This document shows, in pieces, positions 38,757-49,471 of a stretch of DNA of 64,000 bases; the first letter of the stretch is position 1, and every line of letters begins with the position of its first letter. The notes under the pieces are model-generated. The model did no database searches. It was not told the DNA's origin and saw nothing but the letters and a program-made list of their open reading frames with translations. The stretch is from an uncultured Microthrixaceae bacterium (GTDB taxonomy: Bacteria > Actinomycetota > Acidimicrobiia > Acidimicrobiales > VFJN01), in contig CAVSIC010000039.1 of the NCBI GenBank assembly GCA_963727905.1, positions 263,663 through 327,662 of the forward strand. The letters are read 5' to 3'. The position numbers and the translations under genes are program-made.

Positions 38757-39443
38757 TCAGCCGGACACGTCGAAGGCAGAGGCGGGCACCTCGTCCTCGA
38801 GCCGCGTCGCGGTGATCTTGGCGCCCTGGAGCTCCACCCGGAGCAGGACGCCGTCGGTGGTGACGCACGCCGCTCCGACGCCGGGCGCCTCGAAGCACCG
38901 AGCCTGGTAGCCGGCGATGTCCACCTCGTCGTGCGCCGTGAGCTTCGGGTCGGGGTCCTTCGCGTCCACCGCCCGGATGAACGCCACGAGCAGATCGACC
39001 GGATCGACCTCGGTGACCTTGCAGGTCTGGGTTCCCGCCACGGTCTCGCACGACCGCCGGGTGCGACCGTCGTACAGGGCGGTCTGGCGCCGGGTGCCGT
39101 TGGCGGCCCGCTCGATGATGTCCGAGCGGAACTTGTCGCCCTTCCGCCAGACCTCGACGGTCTGGATGAGCCCCTCGGGCAGCTGCGGGTCCTCCACGCC
39201 GTAGACGGCGTGGAAGTCGCTGAGCCGCCCGGCCGCGGCCAGCTCGTCGAGCTCCTCGCCGACCTCCCCCAGCGGGGCCAGGGCCACGACGGTGGTGGTG
39301 GTGCTCGGCGGGGCGGTCGTGGTGGTGACCCGGACGACCGGCTCGCCCTGGAGGGCGCCGATCACGCCCGCGACCGTGGCCGCGACGATCACGCCCGACA
39401 GGAGCGTGAGGATCAGGAGCCGCCTCGATCGCGTGCGAGCCAT
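38757..39443 (-). CDS. Membrane-anchored secreted protein (LolA/LppX-like fold possible)
   Basis: N-terminal TM; paired Cys; EVDIAGYQARCF..ACVTTDGVLL..EVPASAFD pattern. Confidence 0.6.
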   Translation of the reverse strand: MARTRSRRLLILTLLSGVIVAATVAGVIGALQGEPVVRVTTTTAPPSTTTTVVALAPLGEVGEELDELAAAGRLSDFHAVYGVEDPQLPEGLIQTVEVWRKGDKFRSDIIERAANGTRRQTALYDGRTRRSCETVAGTQTCKVTEVDPVDLLVAFIRAVDAKDPDPKLTAHDEVDIAGYQARCFEAPGVGAACVTTDGVLLRVELQGAKITATRLEDEVPASAFDVSG

Positions 39444-39503
39444 CCCCTGTTTCTAGTGGGCGTCCCGGGCCCCGAGGATCCTTCGACGGGATGACGCGGA
39501 GTG

Positions 39504-39544
39504 GAAACCTTGCGGAAACAGAGCCACGTCACTCTTGCGGCAAC
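39504..39544 (+). promoter_or_regulatory. GlnR-box-like site upstream of amt-glnK
   Basis: GAAAC-n6-GAAAC followed by GTCAC-n7-GCAAC. Confidence 0.6.
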
Positions 39545-39572
39545 CTGTCCCCACCAAGGAAACGGAGCACTG

Positions 39573-41170
<1,598 letters not shown>

Positions 41171-41182
41171 CCTTCCACCGCA

Positions 41183-41207
41183 ATTCCTGATTGATATAGT
41201 CGGCTTT
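41183..41207. promoter_or_regulatory. Rrf2 (IscR type-1/CymR-like) operator candidate
   Basis: ATTCCTGATTGATATAGTCGGCTTT matches ATASYYGACTRwwwYAGTCRRSTAT at 22/25 positions. Confidence 0.55.
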
Positions 41208-41226
41208 ACCGGATAGGGTCGGCGGC

Positions 41227-41466
41227 GTGCTCGCCGCCGACCCTCTCGGTTCCACGTCCCTGGCCCCCCGCTTCCTCCTCGGCATCGCGGAGGGCCTGGC
41301 CCGATCGCCGCTCTGGCACGGCCTGACCGACCCCTCCGAGGAAGGCCGGAGCGCCGTGCGGGTCGTGCGCACCGAGTGCGACGAGGCCTGGGTGCTCGAG
41401 GTCGACGACGCGGTCCGGGCCGACCTGGCCGCCCACCGCTGGCTCCACCCCGCCAGAACAGGATGA
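41227..41466 (+). pseudogene. Short ORF resembling a cysteine-dioxygenase-like N-terminus without the cupin core
   Basis: IAEGLARS..RSAVRVVRTECDEAWVL, then ends with no HxH motif; ATGA overlap with the rhodanese gene. Confidence 0.4.
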
Positions 41467-41834
41467 GCGCCATCGAGGCGCGGCTGGCCGCCGCGAGGGC
41501 CCGGCTCGACCGGCTCCCGGCCGCCGCGCTCGACGAGGCGCTGGCCGGCGGCGACCTGGTCGTCGACCTGCGCCCGGAGGCCGACCGGCGGGCGCAGGGC
41601 GAGCTGCCCGGTGCGGTCGTGATCGAGCGCATCCACCTCGAGTGGCGGGTCGACCCGACCAGCCCGGATCGGGTCCCCGAGGCCATCGCCGGCCGCCGGG
41701 TCGTGCTGCTCTGCAACGAGGGCTACGCCTCCAGCCTCGCCGCCGCCGACCTGCTCGAGCTGGGCATCGACGCCACGGACGTGGAGGGCGGCTACGCCGC
41801 CTGGGCGGCCCTCCGAACGGCCGATCCGGGCTGA
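41463..41834 (+). CDS. Rhodanese-like sulfurtransferase
   Basis: VVDLRP..GELPGA..LEWRVDP..LLCNEGYASSLAA..DVEGGYAAW. Confidence 0.88.
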   Translation: MSAIEARLAAARARLDRLPAAALDEALAGGDLVVDLRPEADRRAQGELPGAVVIERIHLEWRVDPTSPDRVPEAIAGRRVVLLCNEGYASSLAAADLLELGIDATDVEGGYAAWAALRTADPG

Positions 41835-41877
41835 TCCCGGATCGTCCAGCCGGTCAGGGGACCAGTACCCTCTGCGC

Positions 41878-43215
41878 ATGGACGCCCCCGCCACCTCGAC
41901 CACCGAGGGGCTCCCCGAGGCCTGGCGGATCGAGCCCGTCGGCCCCCTGCGGGGCGACGTCAACGTGGCCGGCTCGAAGAACGCCGTCACGAAGCACATG
42001 GTCGCGGCACTGATGGCGGACTCCCCGTCCACGATCACGAACGCACCCGTCGTGGGCGACGTGGGGATCACCGCGGACATCCTCCGGTCGATCGGCCTCG
42101 GCGTCGACATCGACGGCGACCGCATCACGATCACGCCGACCGACGACCCCACGCCGCGCGTGCCCCTCGAGTTCTCCGGGCTGAACCGGATCCCGATCCT
42201 GCTGCTCGGTCCCCTCCTGCACCGGGCCCACGAGGCCTTCGTCCCGCTCGTCGGCGGCGACCGCATCGGGCGGCGGCCGGTCGACTTCCACGTCACCGCG
42301 CTGCAGCAGATGGGCGCCGAGGTCGAGGTCCAGTCCCACGGGATCACCGCCCGCGTCGCCGGCCGGCTGCGCGGCACCCGGATCACGCTGCCGTACCCGT
42401 CGGTGGGCGCCACCGAGACCGTGCTGCTGTGCGCGGTGCTCGCCGAGGGCCGCACGGTCCTGCACAACGCCGCCACCGAGCCCGAGGTCGTCGAGCTGGC
42501 GCTGTTCCTCCAGCGCATGGGCGCCCACATCGCCCTTCGCCCCGATCGCCGGTTCGTGATCGAGGGCGTTCCCTCCCTGACCGGCGCCGAAGCCCGGCTC
42601 CAGGGCGACCGCCTCGAGGCGTTCAGCTACCTGGTCGCCGGGCTCATGACCCGCGGCGAGGTGCGGGTCGCCGGCTGCAACCAGGACCGGCTCGTCACCG
42701 CCATCAACACGCTGCACCGGATGGGCGCGCAGTTCACGATCAACGACACGTGGATCAGCGCCACCGCGTCGAAGCTCGACCCGGCCGCCGTCCAGACCGA
42801 CACCCACCCCGGGTTCATGACGGACTGGCAGCCGCCGCTCATCGTGCTCATGACCCAGGCCGACGGCATGTCCGTGCTGCACGAGACCGTCTACGAGGAC
42901 CGGCTCGGCTACGTCGAGGCGGTGAAGGCGATGGGCGGCGAGATCGAGCTGTTCGACACCTGCCTCGGCGGTCCCGCCTGCCGGTTCCACGACTCGTCCG
43001 CCGTGCACTCGGCCGTGGTGCGGGGCGTGTCGAAGCTGCAGGGCGCCGAGGTCACGATCCCCGACGTGCGGGCCGGGTTCTCGTCCGTGATCGCGGCCGC
43101 CGCCGCCGAGGGACCGTCGACCCTCCACGGGATCCACCACCTCGAGCGCGGCTACAACCAGCCGTTCGACACGCTCGTGTCGCTCGGACTCCGGCTCGAA
43201 CGCTCCGCTCCGTAG
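41878..43215 (+). CDS. murA: UDP-N-acetylglucosamine 1-carboxyvinyltransferase (Asp at the Cys115 position)
   Basis: GSKNA, GGDRIGRRPVDFH, SVGATE, NAATEPE, PGFMTDWQ, DVRAG, HLERGY. Confidence 0.93.
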   Translation: MDAPATSTTEGLPEAWRIEPVGPLRGDVNVAGSKNAVTKHMVAALMADSPSTITNAPVVGDVGITADILRSIGLGVDIDGDRITITPTDDPTPRVPLEFSGLNRIPILLLGPLLHRAHEAFVPLVGGDRIGRRPVDFHVTALQQMGAEVEVQSHGITARVAGRLRGTRITLPYPSVGATETVLLCAVLAEGRTVLHNAATEPEVVELALFLQRMGAHIALRPDRRFVIEGVPSLTGAEARLQGDRLEAFSYLVAGLMTRGEVRVAGCNQDRLVTAINTLHRMGAQFTINDTWISATASKLDPAAVQTDTHPGFMTDWQPPLIVLMTQADGMSVLHETVYEDRLGYVEAVKAMGGEIELFDTCLGGPACRFHDSSAVHSAVVRGVSKLQGAEVTIPDVRAGFSSVIAAAAAEGPSTLHGIHHLERGYNQPFDTLVSLGLRLERSAP

Positions 43216-43227
43216 CGGCGACCGTCC

Positions 43228-43436
43228 TCAGCCGGCGATCAGGCTGGCCACCGCCCAGATCGCGCCGACCAGGCCGATCAGCCGCGAAGGCGATGCTGCG
43301 GGCCACCGGGGCCTGCTCGAGGTCGCCCTCGCTGCGCTGCGTCGGCGGCCGCACCAGCGCCGCGATGCTGCCCACGGCCATGGCCGCCGCCGATGGCGAG
43401 CACGAGGTAGGCGAGCAGGTCCTGGCCGAGGAACAC
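43228..43436 (-). CDS. Small two-TM membrane protein with two apparent +1 frameshifts
   Basis: Reconstructed MFLGQDLLAYLVLAIGG/AMAVGSIAALVRPP..VARSIAFA/LIGLVGAIWAVASLIAG*. Confidence 0.6.
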
Positions 43437-43459
43437 GTCCGGGAGAGTAGTAAGTGGTG

Positions 43460-44125
43460 ATGCGTCCCCCCACCTCGCGCATCGTCGGCCTGCTCCTGTC
43501 TGTGCTGCTGCTGCTCTTCGCCGCCTGCAGCGACGACGACGGAGAGAGTGGCGACCCGTCGACGTCCAGCACCCCCGAGCCGAGCATCCCGCCGGACGAC
43601 CCCGAGCTCGAGCAGCTGCTGATCACCGCAGCCGACCTGCCCGGGACCTACGCCGCGGTGGAGGACGTCGGCGACACCGTCACGACGTTCTGCGCGGGCG
43701 AGGACGCCACCGCCGGCCTGCAGGCCTCGGGGCGCGCCATCGTCGGCTTCAACCGGACGACCCCAGGGGCGTCGGTGATCCACCTGGTGTTCCGCTTCCG
43801 CGAGGGCGACGGTCCCCGCTTCGTCCAGCAGGCGGGCGAGGTGCTCGGTCGCTGCAGCGCCGTCCCCGACCTCACCGGGCTGGCCTTCACCTACGAGCCC
43901 GTGGACGCCCCCGTCGAGGCGACGTTGGTCGGCACGGACCAGCACGTCGCCCGCTTCGGCGTCTCCGTCGGGTCCGCGTCGTTCACCGAGCAGATCGTCG
44001 TGTTCCGCCACGGCGACGTGGCCCACCTGGTCGCGGTGCTCGGGGCGGACCTGCCGAGGGCCGACCTCGACGCGCTGGCCACGGCCGCGTTCGGAGCCGC
44101 CGCCGCCAGATCCGCGGGCGGCTAG
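43460..44125 (+). CDS. Lipoprotein (PknH-extracellular-like sensor fold possible)
   Basis: Lipobox FAAC; LLITAADLP; two further Cys. Confidence 0.7.
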   Translation: MRPPTSRIVGLLLSVLLLLFAACSDDDGESGDPSTSSTPEPSIPPDDPELEQLLITAADLPGTYAAVEDVGDTVTTFCAGEDATAGLQASGRAIVGFNRTTPGASVIHLVFRFREGDGPRFVQQAGEVLGRCSAVPDLTGLAFTYEPVDAPVEATLVGTDQHVARFGVSVGSASFTEQIVVFRHGDVAHLVAVLGADLPRADLDALATAAFGAAAARSAGG

Positions 44126-44544
44126 GCGTCGGAGGGCGGCCGGCGGCGATCGGCCTTCCGGGCCGACCGGCGCTTCTTGGCCTCCAGCCGGCGCGTGACG
44201 CTGGCCTTGGTGGGACGGGTGGCCCGACGGTCCGGGTCCACCCGCAGGCCGTCGGCCAGCCGCTCCGCCAGCCGACGCTGGGCCAGCGCCCGGTTGCGGG
44301 CCTGCGAGCGCTCGTCCGACGCGACCACGCGGACCTCGGGCCCGAAGCGCTCGAGCAGGCGGGCCCGCTGCCGCGGGCCCAGCGACGGCGACCCGGCGAT
44401 GTCGAAGCGCACCTCGGCGCGGGTGTCGGAGGTGTTCGCGTGCTGCCCACCGGGACCGCCCGAGCGGGAGAAGCGCCACCGGAGCTCCGACTCCGGGATG
44501 CGCAGGCCGCTGTTCACGCGTAGGTGCGCGGGTCCCTCGGCCAT
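44122..44544 (-). CDS. arfB: Alternative ribosome rescue factor B (peptidyl-tRNA hydrolase)
   Basis: FSRSGGPGGQHANT, RSQARNR, basic tail RRATRPTKAS..RRLEAKK. Confidence 0.93.
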   Translation of the reverse strand: MAEGPAHLRVNSGLRIPESELRWRFSRSGGPGGQHANTSDTRAEVRFDIAGSPSLGPRQRARLLERFGPEVRVVASDERSQARNRALAQRRLAERLADGLRVDPDRRATRPTKASVTRRLEAKKRRSARKADRRRPPSDA

Positions 44545-44574
44545 CCCGTGAGCCTACGGACGTAGGTTCTCGTC

Positions 44575-44814
44575 ATGGCCGACCCCGATGCCCTCGCCGA
44601 CCCGACCGCCTGGATCGCCGCCTTCGCCGCCCGCCTCGGCCTCGAGCCGCCCGACGCGGCGACGGTCGAGACGCTGCTCGAGCTCGCCGGCGTCGCCGCG
44701 CACGCCTCCCAGCGGACCGCGGCGCCGATCGCCTGCTGGCTCATCGGTCGGGCCGGGCTGTCGGCCGACGACGGACTCGCCCTCGCCCGCGAGGTCGGCG
44801 GGTCAGGCGCCTGA
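44575..44814 (+). CDS. Small DUF6457-like protein
   Basis: WIAAFAARLG..LLELAGVAAHASQRTAAPIACWLIG. Confidence 0.7.
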   Translation: MADPDALADPTAWIAAFAARLGLEPPDAATVETLLELAGVAAHASQRTAAPIACWLIGRAGLSADDGLALAREVGGSGA

Positions 44815-45393
44815 ACGCCCGGTGAGGTAGGCCTCGCCGCGCGGCGAGAGCCGGTACCCGACCCCGAGGCTGATCGTGAGGCCGAGCCCCTTCAGCTTCC
44901 GGACGTCGAGCTTGAAGTCCTGCAGCTCGTCGCGCCCCGCCTGCGGGGCGAGGTCACCGGCCCGCACCGCCGGGTGGGCGGCGATGAGCTCGAGCACCTG
45001 GCGGGTCCACGGGCCGTGCTTGCTCACCTTGTCGAGGCGATCGAGTCGCCGGTCGAGCTCCGCACGGTCCCCCTCGCTCAGCACCGCTGTCGCGGCCAGC
45101 TCGTCGCGCGGATCGGGGCCCTCCGCCAGGTGGAAGCGGATCCGGTGCACCGGCGCGTCGGGATCGCCCCGCAGGTCGGCCACGAGCGCGGCGGCCGACG
45201 GGTAGCCGCCCGCCACCGCGTCGGCGTCGCTGATGTCCCCGGGGCCGATGACGTCGACCGCGGTCACCGCGATGCGGCCCGCCGGGGTGCGGTACACGTT
45301 GCCGGCGATCGCCTGGGTCCGCTTCCACCGCCGGAACGTGACCGTGATCGACCCATCCTTGATCCCCGCCCAGGACCACTGCGCGAACAGCAT
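44803..45393 (-). CDS. ASCH-domain + wHTH protein
   Basis: GIKDGSITVTFRRWKR..DAVAGGY; FKLDVRKLKGLGLTISLGVGYRLSPRG. Confidence 0.75.
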   Translation of the reverse strand: MLFAQWSWAGIKDGSITVTFRRWKRTQAIAGNVYRTPAGRIAVTAVDVIGPGDISDADAVAGGYPSAAALVADLRGDPDAPVHRIRFHLAEGPDPRDELAATAVLSEGDRAELDRRLDRLDKVSKHGPWTRQVLELIAAHPAVRAGDLAPQAGRDELQDFKLDVRKLKGLGLTISLGVGYRLSPRGEAYLTGRSGA

Positions 45394-45406
45394 CAGCCGA
45401 TGATGC

Positions 45407-45525
45407 CAAGGCGGCGGAGGGGGCGTGGCTTCGCCATCCCCCCGGAGCCACCTGCGAAGGCTGAAGCCCACGCCGGAGGGCGCAGCCCGGAAGCCACGCC
45501 CGACCGGAGCAAGCAGATGACTCAG
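45407..45525 (-). repeat. Dispersed REP/MITE-like repeat, copy 1 (begins at the dnaB stop)
   Basis: CTGAGTCATCTGCTTGCTCCGGTCG matches 57650-57674 at 24/25; similarity continues; internal 12-bp IR 45421-45432/45490-45501. Confidence 0.65.
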
Positions 45526-47999
45526 TCGAACCCGCGGGCCATGTTCGCGAACCTCGTGTACTGCGGGAGGAAGGCGAGGTTGGCGACGCCGGTGGGCCCG
45601 GAGCGGTGCTTGGCCACGATGATCTCGGCCTGGCCGGCGTTCTCCGGCTTCGGGTCGTAGATCTCCTCGCGGTAGATGAACATCACCACGTCCGAGTCCT
45701 GCTCAATGGAACCCGATTCGCGCAGGTCGGCCAGCATCGGGCGCTTGTCCGCCCGCATCTCGAGCCCGCGGGACAGCTGGGACAGCGCGACCACGGGCGT
45801 CTCCAGCTCGCGGGCGAGGATCTTCAGGCCGCGACTGAGCTCGGACACCTCGACCTGGCGGCTCTCCGCCCCCGACCGGCCGCTCATCAGCTGGAGGTAG
45901 TCGATCACGATGACGCCGAGGTCGCCGATCTGGCTCTTGAGGCGGCGGGCCTTGGCCCGGATCTCCATGATCGTGAGGTTCGGGTTGTCGTCGATCCAGA
46001 TCGGCGCCTCGGCGAGGCGGCCCATCGCCCGCGAGATCTTCGTCCAGTCGTCGGCTTGGAGCTGGCCGTTGCGGATGCGCTGCGAGTCGACCCGGGCCTC
46101 CGCGCACAGCAGGCGCTGGGAGAGCTCGAGGTTGCTCATCTCCAGGGAGAAGAAGAGCACCGGTCGGTTGGCCTCGAGGGCGGCGTGGGCGACCATGCCG
46201 AGGGCGAACGAGGTGTTGTGCACGAACACGTCGGCCGCCACGAAGTTGTGCAGCTCGGGGATCGTGAGGTCGTAGACCTGCTCGTCGCCCTCGGGCTCGA
46301 TGGCCACGATCTCGTCCCAGCGCAGATCCGCACCGGGCCCTGCGGACGCGTCGCGCACGCCCCCGGAACCGCGGCCGACGAGCACCCGCTGCGGGGCGGC
46401 CTGGGCGTGAGCCACGAGGTCGACGAGCGCGGCCTGCTGGCCGAGCACGCCGATGTCGTCGCGGAGCCGCTGCAGGTCGTCGCCGCCGGAGATCTCGAGC
46501 TCGTGGCTGACCCACGCGCTGTCGTTCGCGGCGACGATCGGTGCCCGCACCGCGGCGTTGATGCCGAACCGCAGGAACAGGTGCTGCAGGTCGCGGACGA
46601 GGCGGGCGCTCGGCGACGCGAGGAGCACCCGGCCGCGACCGGCGGCGCCCGCCGGGATCCAGGTGGAGCCACCGATGGCCAGCACGCGGTTGAGGAACGC
46701 GGCGAGCTGGTGGCGCGGGAGCCGGTAGACGGCCTCGGGCACCCGCCGGACCTCGGGGTCCTCGGACAGGCGGTGGCGGTGAGCGAAGCGCTCGATCGTG
46801 GGGCACGTCTCGACGTCGTACCGGGGCGTGGCCGGGTCGATCGTGCGGTCGAGGACCTCGAAGCAGGCCCGCGCTCCGAGCTCGCGCAGGTCGAGGGCCA
46901 GGGCACGGTCGGCGCAGCTGATGGCGGGCCCGTCGCCGAGCGGGAGCCCGGAGCCGACGAGGTAGCCCAACAGGCCGACCTCCGCACCGGGGAGGCCGTC
47001 GTGGCCGAACACCGGGAGCTCGCGGGGGACGCCGACCGTGGCCCCCTCCTCGAGGTCGACCAGGGGGCGCCAGCCCTGCGGGGTGAGGAACGGGTGGCTC
47101 GCGGTGGTCCGCACCTCGCGGCCGAGGCGCGTGCGCACCCGGAACACCGGCTTGCGACCGTCGTCGACGAAGGCGGACGGCGACGCGACCGCGAGGCGAC
47201 CGTCGTCTCCGAGGGCCAGCACGCGAACGTCCTCCCCGACGGTGCCGGCGCGGTGCAGCTCGGCGGCGGTGCGCACCGCACCCGAGCGGGGATCGACGAT
47301 CGGGGTGTCCCAGGCCACGCACTTGCCCATGGCGGGCCGGGCGCCGACGACGACCAGCGCGCTCTTCTGCAGGCCGGAGAGGAGGTGGTCGAGGTCGATG
47401 TAGCCGGTGGGGACGCCGGTGATCGAGTCGCCCTGCTCGTAGAGGGCCTCGAGTCGGTCCAGGTTCTCCGACAGGAGGTCGGCGAGGCGCTGGGTGCTGT
47501 CGGTGACGCGGCGCTCGTTGACCTCGTAGACCATCGACTCGGCGCGATCGAGGGCCTTGGCCACGTCCTCGGGCACCGAGTAGCCGAGCTCGGCGATCTC
47601 GCCCGCCACGCCGATGAGCCGGCGCAGCAGCGCGTACTCCTCGACGATGCGGGCGTAGCGGCCGGCGTTGGTGGTGGCCGGCGTGGAGGCCATGATCTGC
47701 GCCAGCACGGCCGGGCCGCCCAGCGACTCGAGCAGGTTCGCCCGGCGGAGCTCGTCGGCCACGGTGACCGAGTCGACCGGCTGGCCCGACGCGTAGAGGG
47801 TGTGGATGGCGTCGTAGATGTGCCCGTGGGCCGGCTTGTAGAAGTCGGACGCGGTGACCACGCCGGCGGCCGCGGCGATGGCCTCGGCCGACAGCATCAT
47901 GGCGCCGAGGAGCGACTCCTCAGCCTGGAGGTCATGCGGGGGAACCCGCCCAGCGGCCGCCCGCCGAGGCGCGTCAGGATCGTCGTTTCGAGTGGCCAT
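45522..47999 (-). CDS. dnaB: Replicative DNA helicase DnaB with intein
   Basis: PPHDLQAE, GARPAMGK|intein|TSFA, IDYLQLM, LSQLSR, LRESGSIEQDSD, AKHRSG. Confidence 0.97.
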   Translation of the reverse strand: MATRNDDPDAPRRAAAGRVPPHDLQAEESLLGAMMLSAEAIAAAAGVVTASDFYKPAHGHIYDAIHTLYASGQPVDSVTVADELRRANLLESLGGPAVLAQIMASTPATTNAGRYARIVEEYALLRRLIGVAGEIAELGYSVPEDVAKALDRAESMVYEVNERRVTDSTQRLADLLSENLDRLEALYEQGDSITGVPTGYIDLDHLLSGLQKSALVVVGARPAMGKCVAWDTPIVDPRSGAVRTAAELHRAGTVGEDVRVLALGDDGRLAVASPSAFVDDGRKPVFRVRTRLGREVRTTASHPFLTPQGWRPLVDLEEGATVGVPRELPVFGHDGLPGAEVGLLGYLVGSGLPLGDGPAISCADRALALDLRELGARACFEVLDRTIDPATPRYDVETCPTIERFAHRHRLSEDPEVRRVPEAVYRLPRHQLAAFLNRVLAIGGSTWIPAGAAGRGRVLLASPSARLVRDLQHLFLRFGINAAVRAPIVAANDSAWVSHELEISGGDDLQRLRDDIGVLGQQAALVDLVAHAQAAPQRVLVGRGSGGVRDASAGPGADLRWDEIVAIEPEGDEQVYDLTIPELHNFVAADVFVHNTSFALGMVAHAALEANRPVLFFSLEMSNLELSQRLLCAEARVDSQRIRNGQLQADDWTKISRAMGRLAEAPIWIDDNPNLTIMEIRAKARRLKSQIGDLGVIVIDYLQLMSGRSGAESRQVEVSELSRGLKILARELETPVVALSQLSRGLEMRADKRPMLADLRESGSIEQDSDVVMFIYREEIYDPKPENAGQAEIIVAKHRSGPTGVANLAFLPQYTRFANMARGFD
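46215..47321 (-). mobile_element. Class 1 intein (369 aa) in the DnaB Walker A motif, degenerate LAGLIDADG endonuclease
   Basis: Cys1 CVAWDT, block B TTASHPF, block F/G VYDLTIPELHNFVAADVFVHN, +1 Thr. Confidence 0.93.
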
Positions 48000-48103
48000 G
48001 CGCGCACCTACCCTCCCCCGGATGTCCTGGGGATCGATAGAGGAACAACCCTGTGGATCTCGGCCTCAGGCCTGTGGAGATCGTGTGGACGAGGCAGGTG
48101 CCT

Positions 48104-48550
48104 CTAGGAGGCCACGACCTCGATGGTGACCGGGAACTCGACCTCGGAGTGGAGCTTGGCCGGGACCAGGTGGGTGCCCAGCGCCTTGATCGGCTCCGTC
48201 AGCTGGAGCTGGCGTCGATCGATCGCGACCCCGGTCTGGGTCGTGATGGCCTCGGCCAGGTCGGACGTGGTCACCGAGCCGAAGAGCTTGCCCTCGGCCC
48301 CGGCCCGGGCGGTGATCGTGACCACCATCGGGACCAGCTTGCGGGCGACCTCCTCGGCGGCGGCCCGGTCCTGCGCGTCGCGCTGGTCCCGGCTCTTCCG
48401 CATCGACGCGGCCTGGGCCGCGACGCCGTCGGTGGCCTTGAAGGCCAGGCCCTTGGGGACGAGGTAGTTGCGGCCGTAGCCGTCGGCGACATCGACGATG
48501 TCGCCCTTCTTGCCGACCTGGTCGACATCGGTGCGGAGGACGAGCTTCAT
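48104..48550 (-). CDS. rplI: 50S ribosomal protein L9
   Basis: [33 protein letters not shown]. Confidence 0.96.
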   Translation of the reverse strand: MKLVLRTDVDQVGKKGDIVDVADGYGRNYLVPKGLAFKATDGVAAQAASMRKSRDQRDAQDRAAAEEVARKLVPMVVTITARAGAEGKLFGSVTTSDLAEAITTQTGVAIDRRQLQLTEPIKALGTHLVPAKLHSEVEFPVTIEVVAS

Positions 48551-48993
48551 CAGCCCTCCTCGCCCGAGGTCTCGACGGCCACCAGCTCGTCGTCCGTGCC
48601 CCCGTCGATGTCGGTCTCGAAGCCCTCGTCGAGCTCGACCTCGGTGCTGCCGAGCGGCTCGGTCTCGGGCGCCGGCAGGTCGCGATCGCGATCCCGGCCG
48701 CCACGGCGATCGCCGTCGCGCTTCGGACCGCGGGTCTGGGTGACCCGGCTGGCGTAGGGCAGGAGCGCCATCTCGCGGGCGTTCTTGATCGCTCGGGCGA
48801 TCTCGGCCTGCTGCTGGGCGTTGTTGCCGGACACGCGACGGGCCCGGATCTTCGCCCGGTCGGACATGAACCGGCGGAGCAGGTTCACGTCCTTCCAGTC
48901 GACGTACTCGACCCGGTCCGTGATCAGCAGGCTGATCTTCTTCTTGGCCCGACGGGCGTTGTCCTTGTTCTTCGTGCGGACGGGCTTGGCCAT
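48550..48993 (-). CDS. rpsR: 30S ribosomal protein S18 (Cys-less) with acidic C-terminal extension
   Basis: [39 protein letters not shown]. Confidence 0.95.
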   Translation of the reverse strand: MAKPVRTKNKDNARRAKKKISLLITDRVEYVDWKDVNLLRRFMSDRAKIRARRVSGNNAQQQAEIARAIKNAREMALLPYASRVTQTRGPKRDGDRRGGRDRDRDLPAPETEPLGSTEVELDEGFETDIDGGTDDELVAVETSGEEG

Positions 48994-49463
48994 CAGAAGG
49001 GCTCCTCGTTCGGGTCGTAGCCCGCAGGGGCCTCGTTGGCGACGGGCCGCGGCGCGGCGCTGCCGCCTCCACCCCCGCCACTGCCGCCGTCGCTCGGACC
49101 GGTGCGCTCGTTGCGCGTGATCTCCGCGGTGGCCCAGCGCAGGCTGGGACCGACCTCGTCGGCGATGATCTCGACCTTGGAGCGCTTGTCGCCCTGGTCG
49201 GTCTCCCACGAGCGCTGCTCGAGGCGGCCGGTGACGATGGCGCGGCTGCCCTTGACGAGCGTGTCGCTCACGTTCTGGCCCAGCTGGGCCCAGCAGGTGA
49301 TGTCGAAGAAGCTGACCTGCTCCTCCCACTCCTGGGTCTGGCGGTTCTGCCACCGGCGGTTGACGGCGAGGCCGAACGTGGCGATCGCCTGACCCGAGGG
49401 CGTGAAGCGCAGCTCGGGGTCGCGGGTGACGTTGCCGATGACGGTGACGGTGTTGTCAGCCAT
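48993..49463 (-). CDS. ssb: Single-stranded DNA-binding protein
   Basis: [16 protein letters not shown]-terminal EEPF. Confidence 0.97.
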   Translation of the reverse strand: MADNTVTVIGNVTRDPELRFTPSGQAIATFGLAVNRRWQNRQTQEWEEQVSFFDITCWAQLGQNVSDTLVKGSRAIVTGRLEQRSWETDQGDKRSKVEIIADEVGPSLRWATAEITRNERTGPSDGGSGGGGGGSAAPRPVANEAPAGYDPNEEPF

Positions 49464-49471
49464 GTGTCCTC

